Positions 39,401 to 54,400 of a stretch of 64,000 nt of DNA are shown in pieces; position 1 is the first letter of the stretch, and each line of letters opens with the position of its first letter. Origin of the DNA: Candidatus Omnitrophota bacterium (GTDB lineage: Bacteria; Omnitrophota; Gorgyraeia; 1-14-0-20-64-10). The position numbers were made by a program, and so were the translations under genes. Below the pieces are notes generated by a model. The model was given only the letters and a program-made list of their open reading frames with translations. It did not search any database and was not told the origin of the DNA. Location: assembly GCA_023248155.1 (NCBI GenBank), contig JAHFFE010000004.1:68248-132247 (forward strand). The letters are read 5' to 3'.

Positions 39401-42400
39401 CTTTATAACGGCTGGAATTATCAGGTGCCGGTTTTGGCCAACCGGGACCCCGGCGCGTCGACCGGAGTTGAACTTTACCGGGAATGGAATATGGCCGCGC
39501 CGAATGGCTCTGCCGGATGGTCCACGGCCTGGGATGCGGCGGCGACCTGGACGGAGTGGGAGCACCGCAATCAGGCTGAAGACACGGCGCGCATTGCAGC
39601 GTTAGAGTCGCAATATGTGGGGAGTCATCCGGATGTGATAGCGGCCCGAAACAGCGCCGGTGGGACTGAAGGTTTTGCCGCCATTGCTAAACAAAACGAA
39701 CGCAAATCCATGGTCCGATCCGAAATCGAAGAGACCCTCTTGGCCGGCGTTGAGACCGACCAGCGGCGTCTGGAAGCCGCGCTGGATAAACTTACGGTGG
39801 TGCGCGACACCATGACCGACGAAATGAAAGTGCTGAACCTTGAATTGATTCAGCAGAGAGAAAAACTCAAAGAGAAAACTAATCTGTATAACCCGGCCTA
39901 TGGGGTCGGAACGGCACCGGCCGGCGTTCTGCAAAACAACTGGGAAACCACGGCTAAGAATCTTGGGTTTGATTTTGAAAAAGATCAAAGCGATTACGTG
40001 GCGGCGCGGCTGGCGCTGATGACGGCGTTCTGCGGCGGGGTGAACTGTCCGGATACGCTCAGCGCGTTTACGGGCGCCCCTAAACTTTCGGTTCTTAAAA
40101 GTGTTTTGGACGGCTTGGCCTCGACAAACCGGCCGCTCTGGAACCAGCTCAAGGGTAATTTTGAAGCGTTGAAAAACTATTTTATGAGCGTGATTATGAT
40201 TACGTCGCCGGCTGTCAGCGCAACGGTCAGCAGCGCCGACCTGGCTCTGAATGGGCTCACTTACGATTGGACGGCGATCCTGCCGGCGCGCGGCAAACTG
40301 GAACTTGCCAATTTTGCCGTGCTCTATCTGCGCAGCTATCTGGATACGGCTCCCGACCGTACCACGAATGAATATGCCCAAGCGCAGCTTGAAATCACCA
40401 GCTTGCTTTCCGCGCGCGCTGCCGCTGCAGCAGAAGTGGACCGGCTAACGGATGATTTGGCGGCTTTGCGCTCTCAGATGTCAGAAACGGACTCTCAGAT
40501 TTCGGGAATCAATCTCAAAATCAGCGAATTGGAAGAAACCTACAAACGCATCGGCGGTAAGCCGTCGCCGGTGGGCGGTGTCATACCGGCCGCCGACATG
40601 CATTTCTATAAACGAGCCTTTGTGGAAGCCTTGATCAAGGAAAACAGAGTCCGTATCGACGCAGTCAAGACGGCCTATGTCATGCCCCAGCAGGCGGCTT
40701 TGACTGCGGCCCAGACCGCGCATGCCGCGGATCAGGATACGCGCGATGAGTGGGTTGCTGAATCGGATGTTTTATCCGCCTTCCTGATAGCGGACAGCGA
40801 CAAACAGAAATTACTGCTGGATGCAGGCCAAATGCGCAAATTCAATACGCGCCTGGGACGTGATGCGGCTAAAGGCGAGAGCCATTTAATTAAAACCGAA
40901 CAAGAAGTCCAGAAGCTGATCAGCCAGGCCGGCCTGGCCCGCAACCTTTATGCGGCTGCAGGCGAGGGCCTGCAGCAGGCATTCGCGTTCCGCAATATCG
41001 GCGGCATCAATCCCGAAGCTTTGCGCAAATTCTTCAACCGCTTGTCGACGCCGCAGATGAACATCGAATACTTGTTTGACCGTTCCAAAGCCATGGCCGC
41101 GGCCGCCAATAAACTACTCGAACTTGCGCTCAACAAGCAGGTGGTCAAAGATTCATTGGCGATGCGCATGTTCGCAGATTTGATCCGTTATGCTGCGCGC
41201 GAAACCGCCGGTGCTGGCATTTTCCTCGATCAGATGATCGCTTCCGAAGGCTCGATTAGTCTGTCTTTTGCCTTGCTGGATGCGATTGCCCAGCGCTTTG
41301 ATCCTAATTTTCTGCACATCCTTGATATTCAAGAAAAATATTTCCAGGCCTTGGAAGAAGAAAAACAGCGCCGGCGCCTTGAAAAAGAAGCTGAGGTGCG
41401 TTTGCGCAATCAGCTTAAAGACCTGGCTAAAAAACCGGCCGAAATTAAATTCCAAATGGAAAAATTCGGCCTGCAGTACGACCGCGCCGAAATTAAAGTC
41501 AATGAATATACCGCCCTGCTGACCGCCATTGCGGCTAAACGCGGCCAGCTTGAGACCGATCTGACGGCGGCGCTGGCGCTGGAAGTCACGACGCGTGCGA
41601 TTTTGCAAACGGCTAGCATCGATTACGATACGGCTCTGGGCGACTATCAGACCGCCCGGGCGGTTTACGAAACCACGGCCAATGACATCAACCGCAATGC
41701 CCTGCAGGCCAAGTGGATCAATCTGGTGTCCAAAGGCTCTGCGCTTGAAAATATCCGGCTGACCATGAGCGATTTACAGGCCAAAATTCAGCGTTTGCGG
41801 GATGAACTTTTTATCTATATCCGCGACAGCGGTGAATCTGAATTGCAAGCGAAGCTGACGCAGGCGCTCGATGAAAAGAACCGCGCGCAGGAGCTCTACG
41901 ACAAGTCACTGATCGATTGGACGGCTGCGGATGAGCAGGCGGCGGTTTATGATACGTTCGCAAACCGCGTCTCAGCCGCCGCAGCCGGCGTGGATGACCT
42001 TCTGCGCGCCAATCCTAAAGCTGAATTGGAGCAGGTGGGCGTGACGCCTGAGACCATCACGGTGGGCGGCGTAACGCAGATTATTTACAAGCCTGTCTAT
42101 GCCAAAACACGGCGTGCTGTTCTGCGCGACGAGCTTTTACAAGCGCAAAAAGAAACGCTGGCGGCAACGCAGGAGCGTACCGGTCTTGAAAAACGCTATA
42201 ACGCCTTGCAGCAAAGTTTCAATGTTGTTGTCCAGCCCATGGGTGCCGTCGCGCATGTCCAGGATTTGGCCCAAAGCTATGTCAATTACACCGAAGGGTT
42301 GGAAGCGCTCAGCCGGCTCAAACAGGAGTCTGAACGGACTATGGCTCTTTCAAAGAGCCTGGCGTCTCTGTCCCAGAGCGCCTCGCCGGCCATCAAGAAT

Positions 42401-45400
42401 GAAATGGATAAAATCCAGACCGGTTTCAAAACGCGGCTTGAGGCGATTTCCGGGGAAATAAAGGTTTACTTGAATCCTTACACCAGTGCGTGCACGAGCC
42501 CAAATAACTGCGAACCCGGTCTGCTTCAGGTCGTTCTGGCGCGCATCCTCCGCACCGTGGAAGGAGAGCCCGTACACAGCGCTGCGACTCCCTATGACTT
42601 CACCAGTGTGACCACAGCGGGAGTCATTACGCCCATGATGCAGATTAAAACTGCCAATGAGAACGCCATCAGCCGGGTCAAACTCTCGACACAGTACGAC
42701 CGTTTGGCCAAGGAACCGCTTGAAGATAACAAGAAGATTATTGGAGATTCCACGAAGGTGCTGCAAGCCCTGGCCAAACGGGCGCGTGAGGAATTCCACT
42801 ATGCGGCGACGCAAACCCTGGTGACCAAGACTGAAAATGCGGCTGCCGCGATCACGCTCTACAACATTTCACCAGCCCAGCTTGAGACGGGTTTTGACGT
42901 GCGCCTCGATGCGGAAGCGCTGACCGAAGGCGATTTTGAAAATATGCAGGCCCAGCTTGCCCTGCTTAAATCCGATACGCCGTTTATGCAGGTGACGGCG
43001 ATTCTTGCGGACATCCAGCATATTTTGCCGGCCGCGGTGCGCATGGCCTCTTTGGCGCGCGACCGCCGTGCGGCGGAACTTGATCAATTGACCAATACGG
43101 CGATTCCGGGTGCCGCTGATGAACGCGTCAAGGAATTGCTGCGTGTCAAAGCCAAGTTTGTGACTGAGCGCCTGACCCGCCTGAATGACCTGGTGGATTT
43201 TTACCGCGGCTTTAACTCTCTAAGCCAAACGCTCTATAACGCTTACAACGAAATGGATAAATTGCGGAAACTAACCGGAGCGATTAACGAACTGCGCAAT
43301 CAGTTGACTTCAGCCTCGCTGGCCAATGATGCGGATCTGGCCTTGGCGTCGCGGGTCAGCCAGATGCAGACGGCGGCTCAAACGCCATTCCAGAATTTGA
43401 GCCGTGTTTTGGCGAATTATCAAGGCTGGTTGACAGGTGATATCCAGTTTGATGCGTCTCTTTTCGCCAGCCTGCGTCTTTCCGCCAATGCATTGATGTC
43501 GCGCATGATCGACAATATGAATTTTTCCAACTACCTGCTGCAGCAAACCACGCAGTTCGGCGCACGGCAATTCGGCAGTCTTTCGATGACGGAAACTTAT
43601 CAATTGACCGGCACGCGCGAAACCGGCTGGGCCAATGAACTTTTGAGCCAGACCGGATTTTTTAATACAACCTCCGGCCCGCAGATTTCCAGAATCGTAC
43701 GCTATCACGACGGCAAGGCCCAAGACGCTTCGTTCTATTGGTATCATCCCGAAGCCAAGACCCAGCACCATGTGGATTCTCTGGATGGCACCAGCCTCAA
43801 TATCACTGGCCGCATTTACTATCAAGACCCGGCCGTGCCGCCTGATCCGCGCAAGCCGATTGGTCAAGACGTGCGCATTGACCGCTATCTCAATCCGGTG
43901 ACGCCCGCGCCGTACAATTGGTCTGGAGTGACGCCGGCGGATGCGCGCAATTTCGCGCAGCTGCAATACTCATATTACGACAAAGACCGCCAGGCGCGCA
44001 CACAAGGCCAATCGCTGACCTATGAAGAAGTCAGCACACCTACAGGGATTACGGGGTTGACGCGCCTGACCGATACGCGTTATTCAGGCCAGCAAAATTT
44101 TGAGCGCGTGCAGATGAACCGCCGCTACCGCCTGCTGGATGCTACGCTTGATCTTTCGGCCTCGACGCCCATCGGCATTCCGGGTCTGGATTCGGCCCCG
44201 GCCGCAGCCATGGAAAATGCATTTCTGGAGATTGAACAACGCTATTACTATCAAGCCTTGGCATCGGACAATGATCTGCAGGTGAGCGGCCGCAAAGACC
44301 CGTTTGCCGCATTCCTGAATCCGGCCAATGCCGGCGCGCTCTATCCAGATTATGACGCGGATGAACTGGGCGGGGATTCGCGCGATCTGGACGTTTTGGG
44401 CGAAGTCCAATATTTTGAAGATGGGACCGTACAGAAGTCAATTACCCTTCAGCGCGGCCAAGACCAGATCGAAACGCCCTTTGCGCGTGTCACGCTGCGG
44501 CGCCATAATCCAGCCTGCGGCCTGGCGACGTGCCCTGAAGAAATGCGCGTTGATTCCGTCACGCTCTTTGCCACGGATGAAACCGGGGCCGTACGCGAGC
44601 AGGTGCTGATCCGGCCGCTCGATCCATCGGCTCTGCCGCTTTACGATTCTGTCGTCAATCTCATCACGACTGAAAAAGGCGATTTGAGCGGCATTCTTAC
44701 CAATGGTGCTTTTACATTGGCATCGCGGACCCTGTTTGACGGAGCGCGCCAATCCGAGCGTGTGACGCAGGTCTGGCAGTTTGAGCCGCGCGAGACCCAA
44801 CAGATCCAGAACCTGGCCGATCTGGTTCAAGCCGGCACAAGTCCGTTTAATTCATCGCTGGTCGGGCTGGATATTCTGCGGAATTTCTCTCTGGCCTCGC
44901 TGACCAGCTATTTTTATCACCCGGATAACAGCCTGGATTACACGGTGGGTACGCGTTTTCTGCGTCAGAACACCGGACCGGCTGAGACGATACGCACCGA
45001 ATATGCCAAGGTCCGCGGCCAGAGCAAGATCGCCCGGACGATTGAAAATGATGGTGTTGAACACCGCTTTACCGAAGCCCTGTATTCCGAAACCGCCAAT
45101 TTCACCTGGGGCCAGGATTTCGTTTTCACGGTGCGCGGTAAAAACAATAAAGATACCGCCTTTAAATGCCATATCAATGCCGCTGGCGGCTGTGACGTTT
45201 CCGATCCTGTGACGGGCGCCATGATCGGCGTGATCAGTGACGGAGGCTTCTTTATCGCCTATACCGAAGACCGGGACGGCGACGGCCTGCTGGATGGCAG
45301 CGAAGATGCCAACGGCAACAACGTGCTGGATCCCGGCGAAGATACGCTGCCGTTCAACGGCGTCCTTGATCCGTCGGAAGATACCAACGGCAATGCGGCC

Positions 45401-48400
45401 CTCGATCAAAAGCGCTATCGCGTGCGCATCATTCATAACGGCAATCACGGAACACTGGTGCTGGAGGGGGATGAGGTCATCTCCGTGGCCCAGGCCGGCA
45501 GCCGCCTTGAAAGCCTGCAGGAAGAGCAGAGTTTCTACTTCACCTGGGGCCAGGACTTCGAGTTCAGTTATCTGTGGGAAAACGGAGTGCAGTCGCGTTT
45601 TAAATGCCATATCAACGTGGCCGGCGGCTGCGATGTGACCGATTTGCGCACCGGCGAATTCATGGGTAGTGTTGTCAATCTCGGCACTTTTACCTACGAC
45701 GAAGACCGGCCGGCGCTTTTATTCCCGAACGGTAACGACCTGCTCGACCCAAGTGAAGATATCAACAACAACGGCATCCTGGATCTTGGAGAAGACATCT
45801 TCGCGCCCATTGGCGTGCTGAACCTGGCGGAAGATATCAACCAAAACGGCCGCATCGATGTGCGCAACTATACGCTCGATTTGCGCCAAGACGGCACGCG
45901 TGGCACGCTGATTTTACGCCGCAATGAAATCGTGCCGCGCATTTTTGAATCGGAGAACGTGACCAATCAACTTCTACGCACGCGCAATAATACCAATTTC
46001 ACGGCCACTTCCGAAGGCACGACCAGCTATACCGACTCTGAAGGCCGGCGTCTCAAGGCCGTCGATGCTTTTGGCAATGTAACGCGTTACTTCTACCGCC
46101 GCGACCCGCTCAGCGGTGCGGTCTTGACCGACGTGCGCACGGGCCAGCCGCTCGAAACCTATGTCCTGGACGCCAATAACAATATTACTATTTTAGGTGC
46201 GGAAGGGGAGCGTCTGGCCTTCATCGATTTCTCGGCCCACATGGAAAAAGGCAGCCCGGTGCTCAAGACCGGCATTTACCAGGACATCCGGGTTTGGAAC
46301 GAAACGACCATGACGCTGGATGTGGTCACGATCGATCAGAACATGCAGGGCCGGACCGATCTGCGTTATCTGGCGCGGCCCGATATTCTGACGAACCCAG
46401 CACTATGGTGGTTTAGTGATCCCGACCTGGACAGCACACTCCTCACTGCCGCGGAGCGGGCCGAAACCATCAGCCCAGCCATACACTGGTTCGATTATGA
46501 CCGCGATCCGGCCACGGGCCGCATCCGGCGCGGGGTGAACGGCGAACCCATGAAGATGATCGAACTTTTCTCCGAACGCCAAATGCCGCAGTACAAGACC
46601 GAGTACGGAGCCACGCATCGCGATGTGACTCAGCGTATGTACTATGAAGATGGCCGGTTAGTAGGCAACGACACCAAGATCCGTGACCCACAGGCGGAAT
46701 TGGATACCACTCTGCAGAACACCTATCAAAAATACACGCATGTGCGGATGCGTATTGACGGCGTCTTTGAAATCGTGCGCAACAGCGAGCAGCAGGAGCA
46801 GGAGGACATGCTGGCCTGCGCGTCGTCACCGGCAGGGCCGTGTGATGTCACGTTCCGGCGCAATCATGCAATCCGGCTGGCTTTTGACTCAGACACGGGT
46901 GCCTTATCTGGCCAGGGACTCAACAACAAGGCCAACCAGCAGTCGCTGGATCTAGGCAGTTTTGATTTTGAATCTACGTATCTCGATCCGGACACACTCT
47001 ATGTGAAACGCATGCGCCGCAGTAACATGGCCGCAAGCTTCCAGCCCGAAGTTTCCATGCTCTATAAACGCAATTGGCACGATGATGCGAACCATAATGG
47101 CCGGCAGGATCCCGGCGAAGGCGGCTCTTCAGGCTGGCGCGGGGCCGTTTGGGAACTCAAACAAATTATCAATCCAAAAACGGGACCGGTTATGGTGAAC
47201 ATGCCTAACTCTGCTTATTCGTCCGGCGGCCAGGCGTATAACCGGCTTGTCCAACAAGGACCCACGGCATACAACCTCATAGGGGCTGCGCCGATAACTC
47301 TTGCTCCTCTTGCGGATGGTACGCCGGTTTATGCCCCGCCGACAGGGTGGGATATTGCCCCGTGGGGAGTGAACGCCTTAGAAGCAAACCGCACACTTCC
47401 GTTCTATCAGTATGTGCGAGCGCCGGTTTCTCTCTATGAAAAATACTACACTGAACAGACCAGCCGCATTTCCAGCATGCTGGCAGGAGGCTCCAACCTG
47501 CAAATGCTTTATCGCGGCAGCCTCGATTTGTATGCGGGGCTTGGTGCGGCCGGCGAAGATCAGCCCAATACGAATGCGGCCATCGCTGCTGGGAAGTTCC
47601 AATCTGGATTCGATTGGGACACGACCGGTTCCAATAGGCACGCGGGAACGGAGCGTAACCGCCTGACCGGTGAAATCTTCCAGCGCCTGATCGGCGTCAA
47701 TCCGGCGGCAAAAGACTATCAGCCGACTCTAAACCTGTACTTTACGGGTGAACAGACTATCGGCGCGCTCAATTTTGACATACCGTCTTACGAATATATC
47801 TGGAACCCGGTGACACTGCAGGTGGACCGCCTGCCACTCTCAATCAACGCCAATCTGAAAGTGATCGAAAAAGCCGACGTGGCTAGAGTCGACGGCGGTT
47901 TGTCCGACCGCGCTTTTGATACGCTCGACCAAAAAGACAATGCGCCGCCGCTGGAAGTCACCACCGAAATTATTAACCGCGAAGTCAACCTTCTGACCGA
48001 AACGCTCACCCGGTCGCTGGATGCAAAAAACCAAGCGATACGTTTTGCCGTCAACGCCCTGCTGAAAGGCGCGGATGGCTTAGGGACAACCACCGGCTTG
48101 CAGTTTTATGAAAACATGGAAGACCGCGGCGGCTACTATCAGGTTTACGAATTTCTCTTCACCGACCAAATGCCGCCGGCCGCGGCTATCGACGAAGTCG
48201 CAGCGGCCTATAAAAAACTGGCATTGTCCAAAGGATTGTCGTCCGCCGGTCTGGCTGGTTTCCTGAAAAACCTTACGAATGCGGGCAGTGTGCGGACGGA
48301 TAATCTGTCCGGCGGCGCGCAAAATGCGCGTCAGCAGGGCTATTCCAAGAGTTTGGCTGACAATATCGTGAACACGATTGTGTATTCAGCGGCTGTCATG

Positions 48401-51400
48401 GCGACCAATATTTGGGGTGGTGGGGGCCTGGGCGCCGCTTCGATGGATGGCGCGCTGATCGCGCCGGAGGGCGATCTCATCACGCCGCGTTTCGACTCCT
48501 CTGACCAGACCAACCGGGGCATCGTCAACCCAATGATCGAAGACGGTGAACACCGCTACACGCTGAAACTTCTGAAGGCCTATTCCACCAGCTTGACGGA
48601 ATTCGCCACGCAGTTTGATCCGCCGGTGGAAGCCGACGATTACCGCGCCAATCAGGAAGCCAAAGAAACGGGCCAGACCCCGGATCAGACGATTGACGAA
48701 CTCATCCGCAACGACGTCGGGCTGACGCATACGATTGAGAATTACGTAGCAACCCGCATCCAGTCCGGACAAATTGCTGCCGTCAGTGCGCGCGACTTCC
48801 TTGAAGAGTATCTTTGGGAACTTGCTCCGACGACCGGGACGCAGCCCAAGAATCTGCACGTTGGCCGCGAAAAAGCGCGCGAGATGTTCTTTGAATTGCC
48901 TGAGCTCCTGCGGAAGTTCTACAGCGAGTCGCACGGGGCCAAGGCCGACAGCGAAGCGCTCGGATATCTTGAAAGCCTGGTCAATTACCTTGTGCTGCAA
49001 AACGGAAATCCCGTGGGCAGTGACTTTAGCGGCTTGGAAATGAAAGACAAAATCAAGAAACTGGCCGAAGACCCCACGTACAGCATTGATTACGTTTACG
49101 ATTCCTGGCTCTTTAAGGCGGTTGAGAAAATCATTGCGGCGACGCTGAATTACCAAAACGAGAAACAGGAAGCCTTTAAGGATTTTTATAAGGAAGTGCT
49201 TTATACCAATCAATCGACGACCAGCCTTGGCGATGTCATGGGGCTTCTGACGCACAACATCGTCACGACCGCCGCGATTGGCGGCACGGATACCCGCGTC
49301 GATGTACGGCCGCTTTTGGATGAAGTTAAAATGGAATACCGTGCTTTTATCACGGAGCGCCAGGAAGAAGCGAAGCGCACGGCCACCGAACTTTCGCTGC
49401 AGAGCCAGCAGCGGCATGTCTCGCTGGCCGGCGGCGACCGCGGCGCGCTTGAGGGTGATCTGGATGTCCTGGCTTATGATAAACGCGAAAAAGAACTGAA
49501 AGACTTGCGCGAATTTTTGGGTTGGAAGCCGGTGGCTAGCGGCGGTTACGAATTGCCGCTTCCCACGGCCACGGCACCGGCTGACGACTGGGAAGATTAC
49601 TGGGACCGTAAAAAGTTCACGGAAGGCTGGACCGAAGCTCCCAGCGCATTTCAAGAAGCCGCTCCGGCTGGCGAACTTTACATCCTTCCCACCAAAGCCG
49701 ACAAGGCCCTGCCTGCGAGCCAATATGCCGCAGGCACGCTGGATAACTATGACTTCGGCCTTGAAAAACTTTTCCACAATACGCTTGATTCGATCCAGCT
49801 CTTGTCGGAACAGACCGTAGCCGGCCTCGAGCAGCTCAGCGCCGCCGAACCGCCCATTCCGATGAAGGACCTTGTGGGGATTGAGCCTGGCGCCGAAACG
49901 CCGCTCAATCAGCTTTTCGCCAAATACTTTACACCGGTTTGGGATAAGGGGCGTTTGGAATATAGCGGCAATATGACAGGCGATATGACGATCCGGCTTT
50001 CCAACATGGACAGCCTGACTAAAGACGTCCTGGCCTACGCCGAAAAAATCCTTAAAGACCCGAAGTCGGCGATTAACGATCTCGATTCTGGCCTGCTGGA
50101 TTTTGAAGACATCTTTTCAAAATTGCGCGAGTTGGATAACTCCCTGGCCCTTTTCCACGAAACCGAGTTCAAACGTGTCTATGACAATAGCGTGCTGGTC
50201 TCAAGCGCCAACCCATTCGATCCGGCAGGCCTTGGCGATATCTATGATTTTGCCCATGCGCGCACCGTGCCCGTGGCGCAGGTCGATCATATGCTTGATT
50301 TTGTCAGTCAGCAGATGAACCGCTATTTGGATGTGACGCGCGTCTTTTTGGCCGGTTATAACCAGCTGCGTCAGTCATTTGGCCTGAACCAGGCTGCGGA
50401 AGAGCTGCGCTTTGATCTTGAGACCATGGATCTTGACAAAGGTTTGGACGAAATCCGCAAAGTGGATCCGGGCCGCGCACGCGCGATTGAACAGTTGCGC
50501 AAAACGGCGGTGGAAATGCTCAGTTCCAATCAAGTTGTGTCCAAAGCCATGGCTTACGCCTCCGCCGCGCGGCATGTGATGCTGTCGGCGATGGCGCGCA
50601 ATGATTTTTACAAACTGGCAAAAGAAAAAGACCAGAAGCTCTCCGACCTGGACCCGGCCAGCTATATTACGCGCGATGCCCAGGGAAATCCGGTGTTAGG
50701 GACGCCGCCTTCAGGGCCTGTCTTTCTGCGGCCGGAGTTGAAATTCGATGAAGACGGCGAATACATCCGCGATTTCAAGGAATTTATCCGCACGGAAGTG
50801 GCGCCGCTTGAGGCGGTGGTCAAACAGCATGTCGTGGAAGAAGCCGCGGCAGGCACGCCCACAAATAACGCGGCGGCAGATACCCGGCTTGGTGATGTTA
50901 CCAGCGACTATGCGCAAAAGGCCATTCTGACGAATGTGACTGAATCCAAAAACGTTTTCGAGGAATACGAACACAAGATTTATCTCGAGACCTATGCCAC
51001 CAAGATCGGCACCGGCGGCATGCTGCTGGCGGATAAATTCACTGAATTGGAGCAAAAAGCCGCGGAATGGCTGAATGCGGCGGCCATGTTGCGCGCCGAG
51101 GAAGGCGCGGCCGGCGAAGAGCGATTCCAACAGGCCGTACGTGCCATTCATGATTACAAGAATGCTTACCGCGATTATCTGGTGCGTTTCCTGCGCGGCG
51201 ATACGTCAGAAATCTGGGGCAGTCCGTTTGCTCTGCCCTCGGGCGAGCCGGTCGAGATCCTTCAGCAAGGCAATTTCGGCATCCTGCACAATTTGAGCAT
51301 GTACTTATCGAAGGACAAGATCTATCAAATTGCCGTCAGCCCGGCTAAAAAGGATGCGAATGGCTATTTGTATTATCTCAAAAAAGATCCCATCACCGGA

Positions 51401-54400
51401 TTGGATTTACCCGATGTGATGACCACAACGACGAACAACCGTCAATACGTCCTTGATACAACCGTGCTGGCGTTAACGGATGATCCGGCGACGCTGGGGT
51501 GGGATGAGACGCGCGGCTTTGGCGTCAAGGATGATAAGTTCTTGCCCTTTACCAAAGAACAAATACTCAAGGGCGATGAGTCCGAGATGGTGATCGGCGA
51601 AGAAATGCGCCGCATGATGCAGGAGTATGACAAATGGTTTGACGAGGCCGTCGACGCCTACCGCGGCAGCATGTCGTATTACGAACTTAGTGTGGCGGAT
51701 TTATCCGGCACTGTCACGGCGACGCCGGGTCTTGATCCTTCGGTCATTGCCATGCAAAACACGTTTAGCGATATCCTCAAAATGCATCTTGGAACGAACC
51801 CGCCGACGGCGACATTTGCAGGTATCACGTCGATCAAAAAGGAGTTTAACGACATCCATGATGAAGCGTGGGGTGTTTACGAGCAATTCCTTTTCGGCAG
51901 CGCGGCTGAAACCGACGGAGACGGCGCTCTGGAAAAATACAGAACTGAAGTGCAGGACGTGTATGAGGCCGTCAAGGGGCTGGATAAGAAAATTTCAAGT
52001 ATCCGCCAGCTTGCCAAGGCTGAACCGGTGGCGCGCGAACTGGGCCGCAATATTTTTGAAACAGCCTTCAGTGTGATTCAGGATTTGGCTTCTGAAATGC
52101 AGCGTGAGATTTATAACTACAACCGTTCGGCGATTCTCAAGATTGGCGCGCAAGATAGCTTGAATGAGTTTTACGTTAAAAAAGTTCGCGCCATGACCGG
52201 CATGCTCAACCAACTCACTAATAATCAGTTTTCAAAATACTTTGGCCTGCCCCGGGATTGGAATAAGGCCATTTATGGCGGCTATTTTGGCCACGACTTT
52301 TTAGGGGCCCGGGATAACTGGCTGCGGGATGTGTTTGCCGTGCCGCTAGGGATTACGTACACAGGCACCCAGGCCGATCAGGACGAAATTTTTACCGAAA
52401 TCGGCATGCTTGTGCTTGATTCGCTGACCAATCATGTCTTTGAGCAGGGGACGACCGAGCAGGAAATGACGCTCTTTGCCATGATGTCGTCGGTTTTTGG
52501 CGAAAGCATGGGGCCGATCAAATATTTTGATACGGAACTCGAGTTTGACAAGAAGATGAATTATCTGCGCCAGGGCGGCGACCCGGCGTCCGGTAAGCGC
52601 CTGACACCGCTGGAAGTTTTAAGTGAATGGTTTGAAGAAGGCTTCCTGACCGACTCTGAGTTTCTGCAGTTTACGGATGCGAAGTCAGCTTCCAAGACCC
52701 AGCCCCTGGAAAAAATCATCGCCACGCTCAAAAGCCAGACCGTTTTCGGTGAACCGCGTTTCAATCATGTGATTGCGCCCAACGGTGCTGTGACGCCTGT
52801 CAATGGAACCTATGCGAAAAAGATGGAAGAAATCCGGCGCAAATATATTCTCGCCGGAAAAGTCCCGGCTAATGCGTGGCGTAACGCCGTGATGGGCGAT
52901 CTGCATTATGCGCTCGGGACGCCTTCGGCGCCGGCGCCCACGGAAATCCGCAAAGACGGTACGCTGATCAATAAATACCATTACACGGGTTTTAGCAGCG
53001 GAGAATATGGTTTGCTGGCCCTGGGCAGCCAGCTTTGTGAAGACGCTGTGAATCTGGCTTGCAACGATTCAGCTCCGATTACCGGAGATTTAAACAATAT
53101 ATTCCAGGGGTTGGGACTTATTTTTAGCACGTTTGATGAGGCGTCGGGAAAATGGAATGCGCCCGCTTTCTTTGCGATGAATGCGAATACCGATTTTCTA
53201 GACTTAGTCGGGGGTTCAACGGGACTCTCGAATGGGGTCAAACATGGTTTGTTCGATATTAACCATGCTCTTATGGATGGCGATTATCAATATTCTGCGA
53301 CCGCCGATGTATCGGACAATAAAGTTCTCTCAAAGTTCCTCTATGGCGGTGGCGGCGGAGGCCTTGCAAAAACCAATAACGCGAAAGAAGACGCCCTGGC
53401 ACAATTAATCACGAAAGCCCGCGCCAACATTCTGACGGATTACACGGCCGGCGGCGGCAATGTCGATCTTTTGCGCGAAGACGCGACGCACATTTCCAAC
53501 ACGATCCACGATCTCTATGAAAAAACGCTCAACCGCATTCAAGACTTCTACGACTATGGCCCTACACCGGGCCAGCCGGGTGCCGGCAAACTGCTCGACG
53601 AGTTCTACCTGAGCGGCCGCCAGAACTTCGCCGACTTCTCTTACAACATGATTCTGCACTTCAGCGATTTTGATCCGGCCAAATTCACGACCTCGAATTA
53701 CGACTACCTGGCCGTGGAAGCTGACCATGCCCTGGCGGAAACCGGCCTGCTCTCCAAAAACAAAGACGGCGGCGCGGCCTCCAACGCCCTCGCCTATGCC
53801 AGCCGCGCGCATTTTGAAGAAACCCTGCTTTCCGAGATTAACGCGCTCGATGAGCGGATCAGGGAATTCCTGGTCATTGGCCAGGATAGTTCGATTATCA
53901 AGGGTGGCCTGCACTCCTTTGAAGTCGCGGCCGGCATCAACGAAGCGCGCAAAGCCCGCCTGCGCGAACTCGAACGCCAAGGCATTATCAACCGCGGCGA
54001 AATTGCAACGGTCCAGGGTCTTACGGCTCTCACCGATCAGGAAGCCGAATTGCGCAGTTTGCTCTACAACGCGCATGTGGCCATTGAAGTCACCGATGCC
54101 AGCGGCAAATTGCATTACAAAGAATATGACAACGGGCTGAATACGCTGGAGCAGATTTATACGGATAACGACAAGAAAAAACTTGAGAAAGAAACGATTC
54201 GTACTTTGCGGGAAAACGGTATGGTTGCTGAGGCCACTCGCAACTTTATCCGCGAAAAACAGCGCAATCTCAAAGGTGAATACGTGGATACCGAAACCAT
54301 CGAAACCACGCTCACCGACATCAACACGATCGGCGAGGCCGTCAACGTTGAGCGTATCGTGACTGTGATTAAAGACGTGGGCGGGAGTCTCTTGGCCCGG

